Origin: Acidimicrobiia bacterium | GTDB lineage: Bacteria > Actinomycetota > Acidimicrobiia > Spongiisociales > ZC4RG35 | Length of the DNA stretch: 64,000 bases | Reading direction: 5' to 3' | Assembly (NCBI GenBank): GCA_965203555.1 | Contig: CBDBCY010000004.1 | Span: 96,001 to 160,000 of the forward strand | Shown here: positions 57,501 to 64,000 of the stretch, in pieces | Position numbering within the stretch: the stretch's first letter is position 1 | Layout of the letters: every line of letters starts with the position of its first letter | Position numbers and translations under genes: made by a program | The notes under the pieces: model-generated | Database searches by the model: none | Told to the model about the DNA's origin: nothing | The model's input: the letters and a program-made list of their open reading frames with translations, nothing else

Positions 57501-57996
57501 TGAGTTCCAAAAATTCGCCGAGACGCGTCGCAAGTTCGCCGATGTCGGCTTGCTTCCCACTCCTGTCTTCTTCTACGGACTGGAAGAAGGAGAAGAGTGT
57601 GTGTTCGATATCGAGCCGGGGAAGCGCTTGATCGTAAAGTTCCACACCGTAGGTGAACCGCAGCCCGACGGAACCCGCACGATCTTCTTCGATCTCAACG
57701 GAGCCCCCCGTGAGGTCAGGATTCGGGACCGGTCACTGCAATCCGACCGGCCGGCGGCTCGCAAGGCCGACAGCGGGAACCCGCAACACATCGGGGCGCC
57801 CACCCCGGGGGTTGTTACCGGCGTATTCGTAGCCGTCGGGGATGAGGTGACTGCCAACACCAAACTGCTGACGCTGGAAGCGATGAAGATGCAGAGCACC
57901 ATCTACGCACCGGACGCCGGCCGGGTGAAGGAACTGTTGATTCAGGCTGGTAGCCAGGTCGAGGCCAAAGACCTGCTGGCGGTTCTGGAGTCTTGA
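54556..57996 (+). CDS. pyc: Pyruvate carboxylase
   Basis: ANRGEIA, biotin carboxylase domain, DTTFRDAHQS, KDMAG, EAMKM biotin site. Confidence 0.98.
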   Translation: MKKIMAANRGEIAVRIMRAATELGLRTATIYSNEDRYSLHRFKADEAYEIGSDKGPVAAYLDIDGIITLARERGVDAIHPGYGFLSENARFSRACAEAGITFIGPPPELLEALGDKTAARRLAAQAGVPTVPGTGLAPDDPREIVLSAESVGFPLIVKASFGGGGRGMRVVNSPDELLGRLEEARGEAQRTFGDGSVFLERYIARARHIEVQILADSHGSVVHLWERDCSVQRRHQKVVELAPAPNLADQLRDEICAAAIRVARTTGYVNAGTVEFLVDADTGEWFFMEVNPRIQVEHTVTELVTGVDLVRSQILVAQGCRLHEAPLSIPAQSEIPRRGTAIQCRITTEDPKNEFSPDYGRLQTYRSPGGLGIRLDGNAYTGAVLSPFYDSLLVKLTASDTNLPDACTRADRALQEFRVRGVETNIQFLRNVINHPDFRNGVVTTHFLEETPELFEIRPPRDRANRLLSYIGDTILNGNPTVVGKDHPTNLNAPPIVPVDMSAEPPPGTRDLLLEMGPDKFAEWVWDQKRLLVTDTTFRDAHQSLLATRVRTYDLLGTAGAVARRLSNLFSVEMWGGATFDAALRFLYEDPWERLRLMREAIPNICFQMLLRASNAVGYTSYPDNVVREFTIEAARQGIDVFRVFDSLNDVRNMEVAIEAVRSTHAVCEAAICYTGDLLDPDRPKYSLNYYVNLARRLQEMGAHLLCIKDMAGLCRPYAADQLVRVLREEVGIPIHFHTHDASGIQAATLIKGGEAGIDIIDAAVAAVSGSTSQPNLNTMVGSLEGTERDTELDSDALGDCSLFWETVRTYYQPFDNSPKSGSARLYDHEIPGGQFTNLQQQATALGLGQRWREVEEMYADVNQMLGDIVKVTPSSKVVGDLALFLLSKGMTCDEVRGLPPDHNIGFPESVVDMMRGSLGEPPGGWPEDIREILLCRNRPIEGRAGAKLPSADIGAAVETATELLGHRAGWADGLSYLLYPVEFQKFAETRRKFADVGLLPTPVFFYGLEEGEECVFDIEPGKRLIVKFHTVGEPQPDGTRTIFFDLNGAPREVRIRDRSLQSDRPAARKADSGNPQHIGAPTPGVVTGVFVAVGDEVTANTKLLTLEAMKMQSTIYAPDAGRVKELLIQAGSQVEAKDLLAVLES

Positions 57997-58121
57997 TTCA
58001 TCTCTTCCTCGGATCCCTCTCCCGCGGGATCCAAGGACAAAGCGATCCGGGTTGAGCGCCCGTCGACCCAACGGTGTAGTCTGCTTGATGGCCGAGATTC
58101 AAGATGAGGTTGGGTTAGAAA

Positions 58122-59324
58122 ATGCCGAAGAAAATCACGATGACCGATCAGGGACTGATCACTCCCGATCGACCCATTATTCCGTTCATCGAGGGAGACG
58201 GGATAGGACCGGATGTGTGGAGGGCGGCGCGGCGGGTGATCGACCAAGCGGTCGAGAAGGCTTACGGCGGGGCTCGCCGCATCGAATGGGTGGAGGTGCT
58301 GGCCGGCGAGAAGGCCCACGAACAGACCGGGTCCTGGCTACCGGAGGAGACTATCGAGTCTATTCGCGAGCACATCGTGGCGATCAAGGGCCCTCTCACC
58401 ACCCCGGTGGGGGGAGGGATACGCAGCATCAATGTCGCTATGCGTCAGATTCTTGACCTGTATGCCTGTGTCCGTCCCGTGCGGTGGCTGAAGGGAGTTC
58501 CCTCTCCGGCTCTGCGCCCGGAGTTGGTGAATATGGTGATCTTCCGAGAGAACACCGAAGATGTCTATGCCGGGATGGAAGTGGAAGCCAAGAGTCCCGA
58601 AGCAGCTCGCCTGATCTCCCACATGGAAACCGAGTTCGGTTGGGAGATCCGACCGGACTCGGGCATCGGGATCAAACCGGTGTCGGAGACCGGGACCAAA
58701 CGTCTGGTGAGGGCGGCCCTGAATTTCGCCATAGGCTTCGGTCGCCGATCGGTGACTCTGGTGCACAAGGGAAACATCATGAAGTACACCGAAGGCGCCT
58801 TCCGCGAATGGGGATACGAGCTGGTGCGGGAGGAATTCTCGGATCGGGCAGTCGGTTGGGAGGACAGCGGGGGTGACCCGGGCGACCGGCTGCTGGTTCA
58901 GGACGTGATCGCCGATGCCTTCTTGCAGAAGATTCTCACCCGACCCGCCGAATTCGATGTGATCGCCACCCTGAACCTCAATGGCGACTACATTTCCGAC
59001 GCTCTGGCAGCCCAGGTGGGAGGGATCGGCATGGCGCCGGGGGGAAACGTGAATTTCGAAGACGGGTACGCTCTCTTCGAGGCCACCCACGGGACCGCTC
59101 CCAAGTATGCCGGGCTCGACAAGGTCAACCCGGGGTCACTGATGCTGTCGGGTGAACTGATGCTCTTCTACATGGGTTGGAGGGAGGCGGCCAGAATGAT
59201 CTCGAGGGGGATGGAAAGATCCATCATGGAAAAGATCGTCACCTACGACCTGGCCCGACTCACCGAAGGGGCCAACGAGGTGTCTACATCCGGATTCGCC
59301 ACTGCCGTCATCGAAAGGATGTAG
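58122..59324 (+). CDS. icd: Isocitrate dehydrogenase (NADP, homodimeric type)
   Basis: [48 protein letters not shown]. Confidence 0.97.
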   Translation: MPKKITMTDQGLITPDRPIIPFIEGDGIGPDVWRAARRVIDQAVEKAYGGARRIEWVEVLAGEKAHEQTGSWLPEETIESIREHIVAIKGPLTTPVGGGIRSINVAMRQILDLYACVRPVRWLKGVPSPALRPELVNMVIFRENTEDVYAGMEVEAKSPEAARLISHMETEFGWEIRPDSGIGIKPVSETGTKRLVRAALNFAIGFGRRSVTLVHKGNIMKYTEGAFREWGYELVREEFSDRAVGWEDSGGDPGDRLLVQDVIADAFLQKILTRPAEFDVIATLNLNGDYISDALAAQVGGIGMAPGGNVNFEDGYALFEATHGTAPKYAGLDKVNPGSLMLSGELMLFYMGWREAARMISRGMERSIMEKIVTYDLARLTEGANEVSTSGFATAVIERM

Positions 59325-59427
59325 TCCGTCCGCCAGGCCTGTGCTTTGCGAGGCGAGTTGCTGTGTGAGTGCAGAGCCGACTCTCGGTCTATTTCGCCGA
59401 CTTGTGGAACAGCGTCTGGCACAACTG

Positions 59428-59446
59428 TACGTTTAATATACGTTTA
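59428..59446 (+). promoter_or_regulatory. Direct-repeat operator upstream of TA locus
   Basis: TACGTTTA repeated at 59428 and 59439, directly before the antitoxin start. Confidence 0.45.
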
Positions 59447-59656
59447 GTGAGATAACTGACGATTACGATCGCCGACGACGTCTACGAAGGTCTCTACCAG
59501 CGGATCGGTCCCAGAAAATTAAGCCGGTTTCTGGAGGGCCTTGCCCGACCTCATGTGGTGGGCGGCGACCTGGTGGTCGCATACCGGGAGATGGCAATTG
59601 ACGAGACCCGGGAGCGTGAAGCCTTGGAATGGTCGGAGGGACTGATCGGCGAGTAG
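59447..59656 (+). pseudogene. Antitoxin of a MazF-type TA module with TAA at codon 3
   Basis: GTG AGA TAA then LTITIADDVYEGL...AYREMAIDETREREALEWSE, a typical MazF-partner antitoxin pattern; not in the ORF track. Confidence 0.7.
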
Positions 59657-59659
59657 CCG

Positions 59660-59980
59660 ATGCTCCGCGGTGATGTCTGGTGGCTAGCCTTCGACTCTGC
59701 CGTCGGGGGTGCGATCCGCAAGACGAGCCCGGCCGTCGTGGTCAGCAATGACGCCGCCAATCGGGTACTAAACCGGGTTCAGGTCGTGGCCCTGACGTCG
59801 AATGTAGGGAGACTCTATCCCAGGGAGGCATATGTCGAGGTCTCGGGCAAGCAACACAAGGTCATGGCAGATCAGATCGCGACCGCGGCGAAAGGTCGAC
59901 TGCGTCGCAGGATCGGCCGGATCTCGGATGCCGACCTGTCCGGGATGGAACGAGCTATCCGGATACAACTCGGCCTGTAA
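59660..59980 (+). CDS. mazF: PemK/MazF family toxin, probably inactive
   Basis: [21 protein letters not shown]; reads GGAIRKTSP instead of GxExxKxRP. Confidence 0.85.
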   Translation: MLRGDVWWLAFDSAVGGAIRKTSPAVVVSNDAANRVLNRVQVVALTSNVGRLYPREAYVEVSGKQHKVMADQIATAAKGRLRRRIGRISDADLSGMERAIRIQLGL

Positions 59981-60142
59981 AACTCGAGGGTGGCCGCCGT
60001 GCACCGTCACATTTCCAAGGAGAGGTAGTCATCTGCGTTGCCCGCGGTCATGCGCTATCGATGACATCCGCCGGGTCGGTGCGGCCGGATTTCGCAAGCC
60101 GAGACCGAGTATTCTTGCACTACAAATCCAGAACTATTCGAC

Positions 60143-61113
60143 ATGACCGTATCGACCCTTGAAATCACTCGTAAGCCTTCGGTTTTTCCTCCCGAAGAGC
60201 GGGCGGCCCTGCAGCCTCTGATCCAAGAGATCGAGCATTTGAAGAGAGACCGGAATGCTCTCATCACCGCTCACAACTACATGACGCCCGACATCTACTA
60301 CGGCGTGGCCGACCTGGTGGGCGATTCCCTGGCGCTGGCGCAAATGGCGGCCCGAAGCGACGCCGAGGTGATCCTGATGGCCGGTGTCCATTTCATGGCG
60401 GAGACATCCAAGATCATCAATCCCGACGCCACCGTGCTGATTCCCGATCTGCGCGCCGGGTGTTCTCTGGCCGAAGGGATATCCGCTGAGGATGTGCGCC
60501 GTCTCAAGCGACTTCACCCGGGGGCGCCGGTGGTCAGTTATGTGAACACCACCGCCGAAGTGAAGGCCGAATCCGACATCTGCTGCACTTCGGGGAACGC
60601 GGCGGCGGTGGTGGAGTCACTGGGAGCGGAACGGGTGATCTTTTTGCCCGACGGCTTTCTGGGCCGCTACGTGGCCGCCCACACCGACGTGGAGATCATC
60701 ATGTGGGAAGGAAGATGCATCGTCCACGAGAGATTCGACGGGGAGGAATTGGAGGAACTTCGCGACATGCTCCCCGAGATCCCGGTGATTGCCCATCCCG
60801 AGTGTTCTCCTGACGTACTGGAGCAGGCTGACTATGTGGGATCGACCCACGGGATAGTCAACTGGGTGCGCGAGTTGCGACCCCCGCAGGTGATGATGCT
60901 CACCGAGTGTTCGATGGCCGACAACGTCGCCTACGAGTTGGACGATGTGGAGATAATGCGTCCCTGTAACCTGTGTCCCCACATGAAGAAGATCACCTTG
61001 GAGAACATCAGGAACTCGCTTCGAACCATGACCCATGAGGTGGTCTTGGAACCTGACATAGCGGCCCGGCCCGGTTGGCGGTGGAGCGGATGCTCCAGGT
61101 GGGCCGCAGCTGA
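60143..61113 (+). CDS. nadA: Quinolinate synthase (-1 frameshift near 61069 in the last ~15 codons)
   Basis: AHNY, GDSL, GVHFMAET, AGCSLA, YVNT, AHPEC, CPHMKKIT; restored C-terminus ARLAVERML ends at TGA 61113. Confidence 0.93.
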
Positions 61114-61952
61114 TCCGTTCGGGAGACCTTCATCACCTCCTGGAACAGGCCTTTTACGAAGATCTGGGAACCGGGGGCGATCTCACCTCCGTTGCTCTTA
61201 TCGATGCGGGATGGGAGGCGCTGGGGTGGGTGGTGTTCAAATCCGAGGGGAGGGTCGCCGGGCTGGGGGCGGCGGAGGCGGCTTTCCGGTTTGTGGATGG
61301 CCGGGTGGTGTTCGAAGCGAAGACTCACGACGGGGCGGACCTGTCGCCGGGATCGGTGGCGGCCGAGGTGAGGGGCCCGGCCAGGGGCATCCTGGCAACT
61401 GAAAGAGTGGCCCTCAACTTGCTGGGTCATCTGTCGGGTGTCGCCACCGCCACTAGAGAACTGGTGGCATCCGTATCCGGGACCGGGGTTGAGATCACCG
61501 ACACCCGCAAGACCACCCCCGGTTTGCGAATGTTGGAGAAGGAGGCGGTCCGGATCGGGGGAGGGGTGAACCATCGGATGGGTTTGTGGGATGCGGTGCT
61601 GATCAAGGACAACCATCTCTGCATGGTGGAGAGCGCTGCCGGGGCAGTGCGAACCGCCCGCCGCAAGACCGGGGGAAAGGTGAAGGTAATCGTCGAGGTA
61701 GCGGACCCCGACAATCTCGAGGAGGTGGTGGCGGCCCGCCCCGATGTGATCCTGTTGGACAATATGACCACCGTTCAGATGACGGAGGCGGTTCGCCTGG
61801 TTGGAGGCCGGGTGATCCTGGAGGCCAGCGGGGGCGTATCGCTCTCCAATGTCAGGAGCGTGGCGGAGACGGGGGTGGACATCATTTCCACCGGTTGGAT
61901 CACCCATTCAGCGCCGGTGGTGGACGTTAGCCTGCGGTTGGCGCGTGTTTGA
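61110..61952 (+). CDS. nadC: Nicotinate-nucleotide diphosphorylase (carboxylating)
   Basis: EDLG..GDLTS lies upstream of the track start 61230; ERVALN, DTRKTTPG, HRMGL, IKDNH, LLDN, EASGG. Confidence 0.94.
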   Translation: MIRSGDLHHLLEQAFYEDLGTGGDLTSVALIDAGWEALGWVVFKSEGRVAGLGAAEAAFRFVDGRVVFEAKTHDGADLSPGSVAAEVRGPARGILATERVALNLLGHLSGVATATRELVASVSGTGVEITDTRKTTPGLRMLEKEAVRIGGGVNHRMGLWDAVLIKDNHLCMVESAAGAVRTARRKTGGKVKVIVEVADPDNLEEVVAARPDVILLDNMTTVQMTEAVRLVGGRVILEASGGVSLSNVRSVAETGVDIISTGWITHSAPVVDVSLRLARV

Positions 61953-63039
61953 ATCCGGCCCCTCTGCTCCGGGGGGCGCCGTCGAAAGGCCTCTGCGGGT
62001 GGTTGTTCCCGCTCACGATGAACAGAACGTGATCGCTGACCTGGTCTCCGATCTGCGAAGCCAGAATTATCCTCCAGCTTCCTATCAGGTGTGGGTGTTG
62101 GCCGACCGTTGCGCAGACGATACGGCCAAGGTGGCTGCCGATGCCGGAGCTTCGGTAACGGAGCGCCACTCGGGACCCGACGGCAAGGGGGAACTTCTGA
62201 AGTGGTACCTGTCGGATAGTCCGTTGGCGGACGATGAGGTGTTGGTGGTGCTGGACGCCGACAACCGGGTGGAGCCGGACTTTCTGTCGTTGCTGTCCGG
62301 CGCCGTCACAGATGGCGATCAAGTGGTGCAGGCCTCAGTGCTTCCCTCCAACCTCGATGCCTCTCCTATCGCCGCGGCCGCCGGGCTGGGTGATTGGATG
62401 GCGAGGGAGATGATTTATAAGAGAGCGGCTGCCCGGGGGTGGCCGGTGGAACTGGGTGGAACGGGGTTCTGCATCAGTGCTGCGGCATTGTCCGCCGCCG
62501 GGGGCTGGAGCGGGTCGTTCACCGAGGATCTCGATCTGACGGTAAGACTCCTCCTGGCGGGGTATGCGGTCAGATACTTGCCCCAAGCCCAGGTGTGGGA
62601 CGAGAAACCGACCGGTTTGAGAGCGGCGGTGGGACAGCGGGGAAGATGGGCGCAAGGTAGGACCGGCGTCCGTAAGAGCCGGGGAGGAAAGTTGTGGAAA
62701 ACCGCCCTGGCCCGACGGTCTCTTCCAATGTGGCTAATGGCTTGGAGGCTGGCTGCGCCCGGACGGTCGTTCCGGCTGCTGGTCACGACGGCGGTGTTGG
62801 CCCTGTCAGTGATATGGGAATGGGGATCTCCGTTCTCGTGGCCGGTGTGGGCGGCAATCGCCCTATGGCAGGGAGGCCGACCGCTACTGGCTCTATGGAG
62901 AGTGAAAGAGATCCGGCCGCATTTGAGGTGGTACCCCCTCACCCTGATCTGGGGGTTTGTGTGGCTGTGGGTGCGGCTGGGTCGCCGGCGGCGAGGATGG
63001 TATCACACTCCTCACCGCGGCAAGGTTGCTCGGAGATAA
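61849..63039 (+). CDS. Family 2 glycosyltransferase with C-terminal TMs (true start probably near 61945)
   Basis: VVPAHDE, DAD, TED, QRGRW motifs, WYHTPH tail. Confidence 0.88.
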   Translation: MSGAWRRRGWTSFPPVGSPIQRRWWTLACGWRVFESGPSAPGGAVERPLRVVVPAHDEQNVIADLVSDLRSQNYPPASYQVWVLADRCADDTAKVAADAGASVTERHSGPDGKGELLKWYLSDSPLADDEVLVVLDADNRVEPDFLSLLSGAVTDGDQVVQASVLPSNLDASPIAAAAGLGDWMAREMIYKRAAARGWPVELGGTGFCISAAALSAAGGWSGSFTEDLDLTVRLLLAGYAVRYLPQAQVWDEKPTGLRAAVGQRGRWAQGRTGVRKSRGGKLWKTALARRSLPMWLMAWRLAAPGRSFRLLVTTAVLALSVIWEWGSPFSWPVWAAIALWQGGRPLLALWRVKEIRPHLRWYPLTLIWGFVWLWVRLGRRRRGWYHTPHRGKVARR

Positions 63040-63279
63040 CAAAAAAGGGCCTTTTTCCAGGGAAACTGCGCGATACATTTGCCCCTATATGGTTTTGTCC
63101 GCTGGGGATAGGGTGTATATACTTGCCCTTCGTGGTCTTAGTGCCTCAAACCGACTCTTAGGACTCTCCGCCTGACCCAGTGCCGGAGTGTCCTCCGGGT
63201 GCGGTCAAAAGCAAGATAAGGGCAAAGCGGTTTTTCCTGCGCGTGCGGGAGAGAAGTGTCGCCTTGGCGAAGGAAAAGT

Positions 63280-63651
63280 ATGCCGACCATCCAGCAGTTG
63301 GTGCGCCGCGGGCGCAAGCCGAAAAAGAAGAAGGTCAAGACCGCCGGTCTGGCCGGAGCGCCCCAGAGGAGGGGGGTGTGCACGCGCGTTTACACCGTCA
63401 CCCCCAAGAAGCCCAATTCGGCGCTGCGCAAGGTCTGCCGGGTGAGATTGTCGTCAGGGATCGAGGTGACCGCCTACATTCCCGGGGAAGGACACAACCT
63501 GCAGGAGCATTCCATAGTGCTGGTCAGAGGAGGTCGGGTTCGTGACCTTCCGGGAGTGAGGTACAAGGTGATCAGGGGAACTCTGGATGCGGCGGGCGTC
63601 TCCGAACGCCGCCAGGCCCGTTCCCGCTATGGAGCGAGGAGAGGGCGATGA
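63280..63651 (+). CDS. rpsL: 30S ribosomal protein S12
   Basis: [29 protein letters not shown]. Confidence 0.99.
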   Translation: MPTIQQLVRRGRKPKKKKVKTAGLAGAPQRRGVCTRVYTVTPKKPNSALRKVCRVRLSSGIEVTAYIPGEGHNLQEHSIVLVRGGRVRDLPGVRYKVIRGTLDAAGVSERRQARSRYGARRGR

Positions 63652-64000
63652 GAAGAGCTGCCGCCACCAAGCGGAAGATCGATCCCGATCCGGTATTCCG
63701 AAATGTGTTGGTGAGCCGGGTGATCAATAAAGTGTTGTGGAAGGGGAAAAAGGACCTTGCTCGCAGGATCGTCTACTCCGCCCTAGAGCGGGTGGAACAA
63801 CGAACCCGACAGGATCCGGTGAGCGTGCTGAGGAGGGCAATCGACAACCTCAAGCCTCAGATGGAAGTGAGGTCCCGACGGGTGGGAGGCTCCTCCTACC
63901 AGGTTCCCATGGACGTCCGTGCGGACCGGGCTCGCTGCCTGGCTATCCGCTGGTTGGTAGGTTACGCTCGCCGGCGCCGGGAACCCACCATGGCATTGCG
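63648..64000 (+). CDS. rpsG: 30S ribosomal protein S7 (runs off window)
   Basis: ATG overlapping rpsL stop; [28 protein letters not shown]. Confidence 0.96.
   Translation, partial: MRRAAATKRKIDPDPVFRNVLVSRVINKVLWKGKKDLARRIVYSALERVEQRTRQDPVSVLRRAIDNLKPQMEVRSRRVGGSSYQVPMDVRADRARCLAIRWLVGYARRRREPTMAL

Noticed and set aside
63040-63279. Structured RNA leader upstream of rpsL; AAAAAGG-G-CCTTTTT palindrome near 63042-63056
   Set aside because: Plausible promoter/leader region, but no specific RNA family can be supported by eye, and the palindrome has no viable loop for a terminator.
1-64000. tRNA/rRNA genes and IS transposases
   Set aside because: No tRNA cloverleaf, rRNA-like sequence or DDE/HUH transposase ORF recognised.

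Overview
A high-GC actinobacterial chromosome segment. Gene content and many apparently leaderless promoters suggest Acidimicrobiia (inference). The housekeeping backbone is priA-def-fmt-rpe-ribD-ribE-ribBA, then leuS, comEA-comEC-holA, rpsT, lepA-hemW-hrcA-dnaJ-HIT-phoH-(7TM-HD phosphodiesterase)-ybeY-CBS-era, pyc, icd, nadA-nadC, a GT2 gene and rpsL-rpsG. Accessory blocks interrupt it: (1) a catabolic cluster at 6.7-12.8 kb; (2) a mini conflict island at 12.9-16.5 kb (Fic, PH-like protein, ABC-ATPase + TOPRIM-like pair); (3) an ~11.6 kb defence island between leuS and comEA (vapBC, an unusual three-gene module, a type I R-M system, and a DUF5131 + TcmP pair); (4) a DUF222-HNH element between rpsT and lepA; (5) a ~476 bp tandem duplication of a small coiled-coil gene after era; (6) a decayed mazEF. 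The best candidate for an undescribed system is the tightly linked trio at 24911-27329: a possible ADP-ribosyltransferase-fold protein, an HTH-DUF433 antitoxin-like protein with ~275 extra N-terminal residues, and a degenerate PIN protein. A second notable signal is a shared PafBC/RecA-NDp-like DNA-damage promoter (TGTCAC-N10-YAnnnT) upstream of both the DUF5131/TcmP operon and the DUF222-HNH gene. Single-base frameshifts in dnaJ and nadA are probably sequencing errors. All family calls come from motif recognition by eye; no database searches were run.
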